Positions 12,035-25,159 of a stretch of 39,194 bases of DNA are shown one piece after another (the first letter of the stretch is position 1; each line of letters begins with the position of its first letter). The DNA is taken from the NCBI GenBank assembly GCA_000320545.1, contig ADNK01002099.1, forward strand, positions 1 to 39,194, read 5' to 3'. The notes beneath the pieces are model-generated. The model was not told where the DNA came from. It searched no databases and worked only from the letters and a program-made list of their open reading frames with translations. The translations under genes and the position numbers were made by a program. The DNA is from Bigelowiella natans CCMP2755 (lineage: Eukaryota; Protista; Cercozoa).

Positions 12035-14758
12035 TCAGACAAATATATTCCAAACAAGGATACTGCCGTCCTCGCCAACAGAGACAACCTGTTGATCATC
12101 AGGACTAAAAGCCACATCCGTGATTGTTGCAGAATGACCGATTCCTTTTCCCAAGCATTTGCCTGTTTTCAAGTCCCAGAGCATGAGCAGCCGACTAACA
12201 CCACCCGTTGCTATCAAGGGCGCGGTCTTTGCTACTGCTACACAGGTCGCTTCTCCCCCATGACTCCATTGCCGTAACGGCTTTGCACTGCGTAGATTCC
12301 AGAGCGACACGGCCCTTTCCTGACCGACTGTTAGAATGGTTTTCTGATCTGGTGTTAGTGTCATGTCGTTGATGCCACCCATGGGCTGGCTATGAGCGGT
12401 TAACCTCTTCTCGGACATCAGGTCCCAGCATAAGAAGGATTTATCCCGACTGCAGCTTAGGACGTATTTGTTGCTGTCATAGAGACAGACCTTATTCACA
12501 CGGGTCGAGTGCTCTTTCAGGTGGCATACAAGTTGCCTCGTCCGAACATCCCAAACTCTCACCTCACCTCGGATGCCCCCGCTCACAATAAATTTTTGAT
12601 TGAGGGACAGGACCAACGTTGTGACACCGTCTTTATGCGCGTTTGGAATTTTCCATAGTTTTTCTCCTGTTTCTGGATCATAGGCACGAATAACTCCGTC
12701 ATTGAACCCTGCGACCATGACGTCTTCGGACAAAACAACACACGTTGCTCTTATTCTTGGCTCAGATATCTTAGCGGAAATGCGGTAGTTGTTCGTGTTC
12801 CACACAAATATGTCGCCGTTGTTGGTGGCTGTACAAAAATGCTCCGAGCTCTCTGGAGAAAAGCTTATGCTCTTAATCGAGGCACAGTGACTTTGGGAAA
12901 CCAACTGGACCTTTAAGCTCTTTGTGTGGATCCTGGTGATGCTGCCTGTAGTGCTTCCAGCCAGAACCTGGCTCTTATCCTCGCTCAGAGACAAACTGCT
13001 CACTCCCCCGTCAACTTTGACACGGCTGATTGATTTAAATGACTTTTCGTCAAATGAGAGATGCGCCACGACTCCATTCGCTCCTCCCACATAGAGTTGG
13101 TAATCCGACGTCTCAGGTACCGTGATACTTGTTGGTATTCCCACAATACCGCTTACATTGACCATGCTGAATAGTACCGATCTCTTTACCTACAACAGAG
13201 GGGGGATCAGTTAGTGAGTAAAATCCATCTCAGGAATTTTTGAAGTAGTTCTCTCGAGCACTCTATTGACCTGAAAGATCGCAATATCTCCTGATGTTGT
13301 CCCAGCGTAAAGCCATTCCCCATCAGTGGAAAATTCCACGCTCGTGAACATTCTGACGTGAGAGCCGCAGTGGCAAGCCACACTCTCCAGCTTTCCAGTG
13401 CTTGGATGAAGCGCCCATAGTGATACCTGTGATATCATAAGTAGGTATGAGGCTTTTCAGGTACCTTGACAATACCAACACTGAGCAGTCTCATGATGCG
13501 GTCCTGCCTGTACCTACCTTCTGTGCTTTTCCAACGGCAGAGATAGCAGCGAACAAAAAGCTTGAGGTTGGACGACGCTTCTTGTCACGGACTCGGCCAC
13601 CCCATGTGATCATGAGAATAGGATCGAAATACGTTGATGCAACGATCATACCAGTCGTCATGTCCCAAATGAAGAATTTTTTGTCCAGAGCATTTCCGCA
13701 AGTTGCCAGAAATCTTCCATCATTGGAGAATGCGAGTACCGATATTCCATGCTCATGTTCCTGCAATGTTGTCACAGACGTGCAATTATGAAGATTTGGT
13801 GCCAGACGTGAAACATTGTTAAGGTTTTTTTTAAAATTAAGTGTCTTGCTCACCTGAAGCCTATACCGAATTTTTCCTGAAGGAAAATCCCAGACGATAA
13901 CATCGGGTGCTTGTCCTTCCCCACCGCTTGCAATCTGATCAGCTGGAAAAAAAAATAACAATTAGATTTCTCAAGCTTAAAATCGTATTTATATCGAAGG
14001 AACCTTTTGTGTTGACTGCAATTGTAGTTATTTGGTTTTCATGACCCCCCGTGAGGAAATTCTGATCGTGAGGATCATCCGGGTTGGCTATGATTACGTT
14101 CCCACCTGATGTGCAGTCACCACAAATGAGTATTTTATACTTCTTCGGCGTGTTTCACTATCACCTGCAGCGTATATCATTTTATCCTTATGGGAAAATA
14201 GCGAATTCGACAGGTGCCCTGCAAACCTGTCAAAAAAATAAAAATGGCGAGGTGCATAAACTTCTCGATTGGGAGTAAAACGACCTATTAATAACTTACC
14301 CGATCGCATGGTCTAATTCCATTGCAGCGCTACTGCTGGTGACAGCCTTATTTTCAGATCTTCGGGGTTCAGCGTTGTAATTTTGCTGGTTTGAGTAACT
14401 GGGCTGTTTCATCACCGGCCCATCTCGCTTTGTATGCACTGTAAATAACCCAATCTTGATAAGGTTACAATTCAATTTTCATCTAAAATAGAAATAAGTA
14501 CTGCTTGATTCGGGGTATGGTCTTTGCTGGTTTGAAGATGATGGCCTAGATACTGTAGCGCCCCCTGGCCAAAATAAATTCTTCAACTACCGCCATCAAC
14601 ACCCACAGGTACTATGTAGTATTACCTGCTCTAGACAACACTCCTGACCGACGGCCACTTCCGGGACGGCTAGAATGAGCTCTAGAGCCCTGTTTGGCAT
14701 AAGGGTGTTCCTTTCCAAGAACGTACTTTCTATCTCCTCCTCCAAAGTTTGCTAGCAT
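12035..14758 (-). CDS. CFAP52: Cilia/flagella-associated protein 52-like (WDR16 family) double WD40 beta-propeller with ~104-aa N-terminal extension
   Basis: MELDHAIG/F...MIYAAG...QNFLTGGH..IT, IASG..G..PDVIVWD, EHEHGISVLAFSNDGRFLATCG, YAGTTSGD, and a C-terminal GHSATITDVAFSPDDQQVVSVGEDGSILVW. Upstream exons 14758-14626, 14564-14502 and 14438-14300 splice in frame with GT-AG. Could be a paralog rather than the strict ortholog. Confidence 0.8.
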
Positions 14759-15463
14759 CTGTATCCAGCTAGCCCAATACTCGTAAAATCTCAATCTATC
14801 CGGCACAGATATTCCTGTGTATGCATGGTAGTTTAGAAATGAATATATGCGTTAAGAAAAATTATTTTGTTCCACAGTTAAAATGAATTCGAAATCGCGG
14901 TAGGCTAAGACTTGATTGGGAGACATTGGGGAGGGGCAGACCAAGCTGTTTCTCGATAGCTGTTTTTTTTTATTCTTGATGCAGAAACATTAACAATGAT
15001 GGAGATATTTAATATACGACAAGGAAGACTTTCAACATTTTAAGACACACCAAATCCAGATGTATCAGTTTTATCTTACAAAAGGGATACTATTTATTGC
15101 TCATTCAGGCACATTAATTATGTCGTATTCATCTATTGTATCCATCAGGCCTCTTCGAGAGATACAGAAATATTTCTAGGAAAACGGCATGAATAGTTAA
15201 ACCGATTTCTATTCCCGAAAACATCGAAAGGATGAATGCTTTCTGGGTATGTAACTCCCAACATCTGGCAACAAATGTGCACCAGGAGGAGCCCACTTTA
15301 CAGTTGCAACGGTCTACGTTTTCACGTGCGACATCTCACACATTGTTGGACGATTTGGGGAGGGGAGGAGGCTCAGTGCAACATGCTTCAGTCAGTCCAG
15401 TGACACAGCAAGCGAATCGCGTGCTTCGGTTCGTGGTTACTATGGATTGAAGGGGTAAACAGA

Positions 15464-16961
15464 ATGCATCAGGGAAGGATGGAGCAGAATAGACTAGATC
15501 AGAGATTCTTCGTCGCGGTTTGCATCCTGATCATAGCTGCGATGCTTCTGGAGGGCACTCTGTGGTCCGAGGGTTCTGAGGGGCTTGATCTGATCATCCT
15601 AAACGGTGTTTACATATTAGCGCTCATGGTAGTACGCACCAAATCTAAGGTTTAAACTAACTTCTCATATCTCAATGTTAGGGGGGAAGTTGGGTGACAG
15701 TAATACAGACACGGATACTAACAAGCAAGGTGAAGACTCTGTCGACAGAGGAAAGCATCATGTTGCGGTATGCTATGTGGGGCATTTGCGCAGCTACGTG
15801 CACCCAATCGTGCGCAATAGTCATCGAGAAAATTTTTTGGATGTGTTGGAGAAAGCCGATTTCCAGCTAAGCCTCTTCGTCGGAATAGCAGCTGGTGACT
15901 GTTTCAGAAGCCGTCATTGCTCGGTAGTTGTGAAAGGAAAAATTGACAAAAAAGAGAAACTTTCAAGATTTAGTCCTGATATTTCACCTTTTCTCATAAC
16001 GATCATATCAGGATATATCAAAAGTGAAGCAGTCCGATTTTCAAGCTTCTGTACGCCGAATATTCGGGCGAAATGATACAAACAACTTGAACGAATACGA
16101 CATCACCATTGTCCCGGATAAGGGACCTATCCCAGATCCCTACACTATCGCGCATAAAAAGTGCCCTGATCACGGCTCACAATGGTATGGATGGGGAACG
16201 TGGTTCCAGTGGAAGCGCATTGGTCATTGTTTCGAAGCAATAAAGGAATATGAGCAGGAGAGGGGGATAAGGTTTAGCGCTATTATAAAACTCCGCCCAG
16301 ACATCTATTTCACAGCGCCATCAAATGTCATAAACTTTCAAAAGTTAGTGATGGCAAATCATGACGCCAGTTTGAAGAAAGTCATAAACAGCAGCAGCGA
16401 CAACAACGAAGGACGTTTACTTTTGGCTTCCGGAGAGGGGGTCAATAACGGAGAATACAATGATTGGGTTCAAGCTTGCGTCGGTCCTGGCGCATGTGAG
16501 GCTTTCTTTACTTTGGTAGATCGTTGGCAGAGCTGTGATGAGGTATGCAACTTTCAACATTTCATCAAAGCGAAGTGGCATGCAAGCATTGCGTGAGATT
16601 AGGATTTATCATCCTCTTCAATAGTAAATAACAATGACAACGTTTGGATCAGGTTCCGATGGAAGATGGAAAGTTGAAAAAGTTTTGCTGTGTTGGGCTC
16701 AGTGGATCCAGATGGATGTCGCTTGCGTGGAATGCGTGGCGCCCCAGATTTGCAATTTCGGAAGACAATGGCCTCTTTCCAGTAACAATAGCTAGGGGAG
16801 GCGGAGGCATTCCTCCGAACATGATAGAAAATGTCGTTGAAGGCAACTCTACCCTCTGGCCTCACATAAATCTAGAGTGCGATAGACTACAGAAATTTAT
16901 AGATTTAAAAGAAAAATGTGAGAGAGATAATAAAAATGTGTTTGTCAAGGTCGGCCTCTGA
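15464..16961 (+). CDS. Type II membrane glycosyltransferase-like protein of an uncharacterised family (VAVCxxGxxR ... IIKLRPD)
   Basis: N-terminal TM helix FFVAVCILIIAAMLL, stem, then HVAVCYVGHLRSY, QWKRIGHCFEAIKEYEQERGIRFSAIIKLRPDIYF and a downstream ND motif (YNDW). About four exons joined by short GT-AG introns; TGA ends at 16961. Confidence 0.7.
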
Positions 16962-17099
16962 AGGAATGACTCGTCAGAATAAACTAGTAAGAAATGTGTA
17001 AATGACATCCATGTTGACGTTCATGCTGCTTAAATTCTGTGTGATGGGATGAATACATTCTCTAGTTCTGCACGATGCCCCATTTATGAGTTTGTCTTA

Positions 17100-17400
17100 G
17101 ACTTAAATGAATCATGATGCAAGTTTAAGGGTGGGCGCGGGATTTAATGCCGCACGTAAAACACTCCTAGAGGGTGCACGCCATTTCATTCAGCAGCTCG
17201 CTACAGCCGTACTACTAGGGTAGGTGATCTGTGTGTGTGTGTGTGTGTGTGCGTCGTGGATTTTGTTGCTAGCTCTGCCAGCATTGCACTTGCGCACGCG
17301 ATGTCTGTTGTCTGGCTCGATATGTCACGGCATTGCAGCGTGCCCATGGGATAACGATGGATCAAACATCACATCAGCGCGCTGCATGCATCGACAATTT
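17100..17400. other. Short CATG/TGCA/CGCG-rich tract with (TG)n between convergent genes
   Basis: gcattgcacttgcgcacgcg, gcgcgctgcatgcatcg and three CTAG. Lies between the stop at 16961 (+) and the stop at 17448 (-). Confidence 0.45.
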
Positions 17401-17447
17401 ATCACTGTATCGAATCTGGGTAATTTTTGGCGGTGCACAAGCTATTT

Positions 17448-19220
17448 TCAGATTCGCTCAAGAGCTGATGATCTTTTTCTCTGCTTGTTTGTTTTCTTTT
17501 GAGAGAGTAGTTTTCGATTACGTTTTCTTCCCCTTCGACGATTCGAAGCAGGAATGAATGTTTGCTGGCATGTGACCGTGGGACACAAACCCTCTTTCAC
17601 TGTCCTCTTTGATAGTCCACCCTCATGGGGTGTTGTAAGTTCTTCGATTGCTTCATGTTTATATTCTTCTAAAAGAGTGCATTAGATGTATTCATTGAAT
17701 AAGAACAATAGCAATTATTCGACATAAATATGTTTCAAAGTTCCATTTTTCGCCTGTATTTCCGAGATTAAAATCTACCTTTTATAGTCTCTCTGCAATG
17801 TAATAGAGAAGATTTTGGTGGTGTCTTTCGACGTTTCGGAGACTTCATAAGTTCACGGCGATAAACTTGTTCTCGAAGCTCATTATTATCGCTCTGCAAG
17901 GTGAAGATAGACTTTCGCATATCATGTTTTTCTTTCTCTGAAGCCTTACTCGTAAAAATAATGAATCGGGAAATCGATAGGACAGATGGCAAGTAGTCAA
18001 ATAATACGGAAGCGGTACCTTAAGTTCCTGCCTAAGTTCATCATGCTCCGAAACTATGATCTGAAGCTCAGACCTAGCCTCCATCATTTCGGCTTGAACA
18101 GCCTGAAATTATTGCACATTATACTGAGAAAATATTCTTATCGTCCTAAAATTGTATTCACCTTCAGTCTTGCCATTAAATTTTTTTGCTGTTGTTCAGA
18201 ATTTCTCAATAGAAGACTTGAGAGGTCATTCTGAGATTCAATAAGCATGTTTCGCTCAGCAGCCCCCCTTAAGGCTCCAGATAGTTGCAAGAACTAAGCC
18301 ATGTCCAAACAAAATTTAATAGTACCCGGAACCTAGAACTATGCTATGCAGGGGATTGACGACTGAGAATGCATGTAATGTAAGTTACCATTCGTCCGGT
18401 GGCTCTTACAGAAGTGACCACAGTTTTCTACGAGTAGAAATGATATTGTTTCATTCAGAAGAGCACAGCGATCGTGTAATAGAGATACTTTTAAAAGTTT
18501 GAGTTCTTTCTTTAACTCTAACGAAGATGATGCAATCAGCTTCAAAACCAAGAATTGTTCTGCAAACTACCTTCGACATCCAAGCCTGCTTTCAGGACCT
18601 AACAAAATATATCTATCTACAAGGAACAAAGACCAGAAACTTCAATTTACCTTTTCCTTTTGAATAAACTGTATATTTCGTGTTTTCTTTTCAAACAGAA
18701 GAAAGTTCTGTTTAGCTTTAACCAGTTGTACATTCTCATCCCAAATTTTCGATATTTTAGAATTACAAATTTTCCGCTGGTATTCCCTTGTCCTAACATG
18801 CATTGCATTTCGTTTAATCACATTTTCAGATATTGGATACTTTAAGAATTTAAATGGACAAAACCTTACAAATGTGTTGAATACTTTCCTCAGATCTTCG
18901 GAAAACAAAACCAAATTCACTTGTAAATCGCCTCTGATAACCTGGAGTGAATCTTTCATGATTTCTAGATCCAATTTCGCGTACATCAATTCATTGCAGA
19001 TGTTCTTGCGAGTTTCTTGGAGCAAGCAGCTGTGTTCTTGTAAGAATAGTAGATGGGAGGCCAAAGTCACGCCGTGACGTTTTTTAAAGTTACTGCAAGG
19101 AATTCTTGGAGTTGAATAGCTGAGCGATCTCATTTCATGGACAGTTGCTCTGTCTGGCACTTCTAATCTTCTAATTTCTAATCCCTCATAAAAAGTACCA
19201 TCAATCAGTTTCTTATGTCA
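17448..19220 (-). CDS. Hypothetical coiled-coil protein with basic (NLS-like) C-terminus; 5' end unresolved
   Basis: Heptad-like exons (LMYAKLDLEIMKDSLQVIRGDLQ; MMEARSELQIIVSEHDELRQELK; LQSDNNELREQ). Last exon ...RRRGRKRNRKLLSQKKTNKQRKRSSALERI-TGA ends at 17448. Confidence 0.65.
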
Positions 19221-20238
19221 ATGAATAAATGACTGAATTACATTCAATTTTGTTTCTTTCTTTAATCGTTTGTGAACTTCGTGGAACGACTTGACACTTG
19301 ACACGTTCTACATTGAGATCGTAGATCGTGCAACATGCAAGTGTGTGAAATAAAGCTCTACATCAATTGTGGCAATTGTGGCATGTGGCATAAAGCAAAA
19401 GTACAAAGATTTGTCGAGTTACAAAGCGAGAAGCTAAACCAAGTTGAGTAGGGCTGGTAGAGGAATGAATGGATTCCTGTTAGGTTTGAACAGTGATGAC
19501 TGATGACAGCAGGACAAGAACATTTTTCCGAAACAACACAAACAGGTGAAGATTGTTAAAAATTCTCTCGCGACAATTCCCCTAGCGTGTCGTTGCACAT
19601 TTTCAGATGCTTCAAGGATAAAGAAATACAGCCACAATTTTGAGGCTGCGTCAAACTATTTGTCAGCATAAACCCATACCGAGGGATTTTACGCCACACT
19701 TTCGGCACTCGGAAGGGTTTGGATGTCGCGTTCTCAAAATCAATCCATTTTCAATGAATGCGTCATGGCCTCCCGGCAATTACAAGATAAAATTACCTAA
19801 CTGCAGCTTGCAGAACCTGCTTTCGGCTCAATGGCTGCCGAGGGGTAATTCGGGCACCCTGGAATAATAGAGAGAAATAGCGCAATGCAATTTAGAACCA
19901 GAGAGAATAAATAGGCGATTTGGTTTCGAAGTTTTTATCTCCTAGTCAGGACTGAAGAGGGAGAGCCTTGCGAGTTGCAATGCAATGCCCCGAAACCGTT
20001 TGTGGGACTTCGGGATAAAAGAATAGTATTGAGAATGTGTGCTGTTTCCACAGCAATTTGACGTCTAAATGGTACTTCTTTCAAATTGATTCAGTAGTTG
20101 GCATGCAAGCTTTCGAGGGTCCTCCACCGATTGCACACCGGTCAGATTTGTTCCACGGATGGATGGTGATGTGTGATTCCTGTTCAAACGAGAACTAATC
20201 ATACAAATTACTAATATATCATCCAGAACAACGGGAAG

Positions 20239-21341
20239 ATGGATGTTCTTTTGCGCGTTCTAGATTCCCATCTATCGCTGGTTGGTTCCCTTGTCACAGT
20301 GTTCTCATTCACGATCTGGTACTTATTAGGTTTGGGTAATTAATGATGTTGCAGGTTTCCTTCTCACGGAAAGACCATGGGATGCACATGTGGATGGTGA
20401 CACGAATGATAATATTCCCGCCTCCGGTACAGAAGCTGTTATCGATCACCGTGTCATTCGTACCTGCTTGCAATACATTTATCCTTCTGGCCTTGTTGTT
20501 TGTCGTCTGTAACCTAATCGGTCAACGAAATTATTCTTATATGTATCTTAACTTACATGCTCAATATAAAATTCTAATGGTGGTGATAAATCGCTCCTAC
20601 TCAGTTGTCCGAATTCTTCACATATACTGAAACTCGAGACGATCATATATCTCTCATCGTCGATCAGGTTGTATGCAATGTGTATGTAAGTTTGGATGAA
20701 TAATTCCATCTACGAGTGGACAACACAGCACACACATTTGATGGTTTGCTTAAGACGTGTGAAGCAATGAGTTACGATCAATGGCCAACCTTGACTTATA
20801 CTACCTACTAACAGGCACGAATGAGCTGCATAAACAAGCACCTCAAGGTGCAACATCGCTGTGTTTCTAATCACAACTCACATGTACAGAAGAGTGGAGA
20901 TATATTATGTTTCATCGATTGTATTCTATTGTAACTTCCCTGACCTCTTTTTCCACCCATGATTGCCTTCTCTTCTCTTTTCTCTCTCGCCATAACCTCA
21001 TAAATCATCAAACGAAGAGCATACCCAAGAGGCGGGAAGCCAGTGGTAAGCACCACCCCCCCCCTCTCCAGATCTGTCCTTACCAATGGGTAGGCATCCA
21101 GGTTGTATATGCAACTAAAACATGCTTACATACGAGCATAAATACGGCTTCATCATGCGAAGAGCAGATTGGCGTTGATGCATCGTCATCATTATCATCA
21201 TTATCATTATCATCATCATCATCATCATAGTTGGCATATTTACTTACGAAGTAGCGGGAGAGTGCAATTAACCTCACGATCTTTACCTTAACCCAGGTGA
21301 ATCATGGTAGGATAGGGGGTTGTTCTACATCACAGCTGGTA

Positions 21342-21384
<43 letters not shown>

Positions 21385-21892
21385 CCTGAAACGGCAGCGA
21401 TTCGCCATCACCAATGTGGAGAATTCTAATGTTTTTTTCAAATGCGAGACGTTCTTTCGTGAATATATTGCGAGTGAGACGAACAAAGGAACCGGTGTTA
21501 TCAATTTGGTCAAGTTTCGCAAACAACTTTCTGTGCAGAGTAGTGTTATCACCGATAACCAAAATCATAATCATAATCATAATAATCAGATCATCATCAT
21601 ATTACTTATATATCAAGTGGTTTGATCATCATCATATCGTATTCTATGGCACTATCAGGTTGCACACGTGTCCCAGTGCTTGGCAGCAGCCAGGATACCG
21701 ATTTTCTACGTCTCTACTCTAAGCACTGACTACGTTCTTGTGCGCCGTTCTCAAGTTGCTCTTGCCCTCAAAAATTTGCGTGACAGGTAGCCAACAGACA
21801 TGGAGACTATTTTTTTAAAACATCAAGAATTGTAAGAGTACTTGCGAGTTTCACTTCTTTTCTTTCTTTTTTCCCTTTCTCTGACACACACG

Positions 21893-21923
<31 letters not shown>

Positions 21924-22433
21924 GCCTAAAACACCCACAGTGGCTCAAATGTTGTTATTTATTTCCTATTTCAACGTTATATCACAAAAACTTCCCTTAG
22001 GTTTGCCACTTTTGATTACTATCATCATCACCACCACCATCATCATCAATATCATTATCATCAGATTCAATGTCATCATCGACTATGAAGGCAGCAGCAG
22101 CGCAAGTTACGCAAGTTCGTCTCCGAAAAGTACCTCCGCCCCTTGCATGATTGTCCCCCCCCCTTTGGCTCAAAACTCAACTCCAAACTATGGACCTACG
22201 GTGGGAGGGGAAGAAGCGGGGGAAAGCAGCTTGAATCTTAACAACGACAAGTAAGAACAGTTACGTTAGATATGCACAGTGAGGTACCCCCTGGCTGCTG
22301 GTTGTGTGTAGATGTAGTCGCTTCCCTTTTCTGTTATCTTTCAATGCTCAGTGGTGATGAAGAGTAGTAGTAGAAGTTGATCTGCTGCTGCTGCTGCTAG
22401 CAATATCAGCAGGATGATAATACACATCAATAT

Positions 22434-22475
<42 letters not shown>

Positions 22476-23038
22476 TCATTTCCTCCATTGGCCGGGGGAG
22501 ATGGGTAGAGAGAAGGATATGATGAAGATGGATTATAGTGCTGGGAGATTGATGGATAAAGCGGCAATTTATGAGTTACAAACTTCAACCGCTGAAACAA
22601 CCTTATCATCACCGTGTGTTTTAATCTGCCCCTCCCCCCCCCCAAAAAAAGGTTGATGCTAGGCGGTGGTAGTAGAGGTGGTCGCAATAGTACTAAAAGT
22701 AGTAAAAATAGTAGTAGTAGTAGTGGTAGTAGTAGTAGTGCCGTTGGTAATAATGATAGTGAAGGTGGTTTGGACGCTGCGACAAAGACAAGGATATCAT
22801 CCTCCGTGAGCTACACTTCTGAGAACAAGCAGTTGGATTCTAGTACTACCACTAAGGATGGGAATAGTAATGATGATAATGGTGGTCGCACGGATGGTGA
22901 TAAAGATGAAGAAAAGGGTGGGGGTGGCACCCCGGTGTCTAGCATTAGGTAGTCATGAGTAGTTGACTAACAAAGAATTCGTATGATAAGATGGGGGAGG
23001 GGGGAGAGGTTTTTAACGTGGAATTCTGTGTGTATTTA

Positions 23039-23072
<34 letters not shown>

Positions 23073-23785
23073 CGCGCGCGTATAAATATCAAATATTACA
23101 TAAAATCCTCAGAAGCTTTCCTCATCCAACACCTTCAGTCATTACCATATCATCATCATAATTACCATGATTATCGTCAATGGTAATTATCAACATCACC
23201 TAAAATTATTGCCGTGTTAACCTTGGTCGCTTTCGGTGTGCATTATTTATACTACTATCATCATCGATGATGCTCTCTCAGTCTCGAGCTGCTCACAGGA
23301 AAAGTAGTGCTTATATCCATCGAGCGAAGGTATCACCATACATCTAATAAAAGATATCTAGACCTCCTGTTTCTCCACCAGCAGCACAAACACAAACACC
23401 TTCCCTACCCTCGTACATAGTCTACTACATCACTCACCTCCTCCTATCCCTATTATCCTTTAGATATCTAGAATTGCTCGTAAAGCCGATCTTAAGGGAG
23501 ATTCTGGACATACAGAAGCACTGCGAAGGGGAGGAGGGGGAGGAGGAGAAACAGGAAAACAAAAACAATCAAAAAGGCAAGGGGGATAATAACGAGTCGT
23601 TGGCGCAGTCTGCATCATCATCATCATCACCAGATCGTAACAGATTCTTTGGCTACACCGATGCGGATGTAATGAAGAGGATGGATGAGTAGAAGAAGAA
23701 GAAGATGATGATGATGATGATGATGATGATTCATGCGCTGATCGGAAGAAACCACAAGACAATGGACTCACTCTCTGTCCCCTCT

Positions 23786-23849
<64 letters not shown>

Positions 23850-23864
23850 TACACATAACACACA

Positions 23865-23922
<58 letters not shown>

Positions 23923-24301
23923 TGAGCAATCATAGTCACATCATTATCATCATCATTATCGTCATTATCTCCAGGACGAGATCAGCCTTGTAATTAGCGT
24001 TGCAGCCTACAAACGACTCACGGCCTTCCAAACAAAGTAGCAGCAGTAGCACTAGCACTAGCACTAGCATTAGCACTAGCAGCAATCGTAAAAGTCAGCA
24101 AACGCCATCATCATCAAGATGCTGTTCTCCGCCAAACAACCTTCCTCAATTCATCTTCTTAATTGTGATAACAGATATAGGCTTGGGGGAGGAGTTGAGC
24201 CAACGATATGGAGGTAAGAAAGAGAGACTAGTGCATTCCTATAGTGTTCAAGAAAACTGACGATCTTCTGTTCTCTCTTTGTTTGCTTGTCATTCGCACA
24301 G

Positions 24302-24334
<33 letters not shown>

Positions 24335-24589
24335 AATGCTACTGCTACTATGCTGGTGGAATGATCGGTCCCCCACCGCAACGTTCATTTTCTTAATCGT
24401 TCGCTCCTTGCTGCGTCTTTGTGTGTGTGCGTGTGCGCTTGTGTGCATTTACGTCGAATGAACATCGTCATCAGGGTCATTAGAGTCAACGGCGAGTGGG
24501 GTTTTAACGAAGTAGGCCTTGTGGCCGGCATATCAAGGTAGAACGAGGTGTGATGATGATGATGATGGTGGTGGTTGTTGTTGTAGCTA

Positions 24590-24640
<51 letters not shown>

Positions 24641-24687
24641 TGTGACTGTGTCGGTAAAGGCCTTGTCTAATCGTTGTTCTAACACTT

Positions 24688-24727
<40 letters not shown>

Positions 24728-24748
24728 CTCTTTTTCTATCTTTCTTCC

Positions 24749-24798
<50 letters not shown>

Positions 24799-25125
24799 AC
24801 ACACGTATGTGTTGATAAGTAACATTTTAATTTTGAATGTGGCAATCAATCTTGCAGCACACTTCATGCATCGAAGATCGAGCTGTCATATTTAAGGTGT
24901 TATTCTACATCATCCTTCCTTTCCTATATCAAATAGCGACAATGAATCACTTACTATAATCCCTATCCTCTTCCTCCCCCCCCCCCACCTCGTCTATCCT
25001 AAAGCACGTATCCACGAGATTTCGTCATGGTGCCAGACCAGAGGATACAGAGCGCTTCCGAACAATTAAAGGTGGTTATTAGTTCTAATGTACTCAGTAT
25101 GTTTGCCAAACGATCCTGTTTGTTT

Positions 25126-25159
<34 letters not shown>

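Noticed and set aside
14557-14568. CTCF-like motif CCAGGGGGCGCT (minus strand)
   Set aside because: It coincides with a splice acceptor and Gly-Gly-Ala codons of the CFAP52-like gene, and CTCF is animal-specific.
15100-15150. Minus-strand peptide DTIDEYDIINVPE resembling NNLNEYDITIVPD in the adjacent glycosyltransferase-like gene
   Set aside because: The similarity does not extend convincingly on either side; likely chance.
21231-21296. Apparent in-frame TAG (21252-21254) in a CASTOR-like exon, suggesting stop-codon reassignment
   Set aside because: The TAG can be the splice acceptor (branch-like TACTTAC just upstream), and NSE1, the KH gene, RPLP2 and Hsp110 all appear to end in TAG.
20871-21580. 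Minus-strand ORFs that look like exons
   Set aside because: They lie antisense to the CASTOR-like gene, whose + strand exons have clear family motifs; they show no homology of their own.
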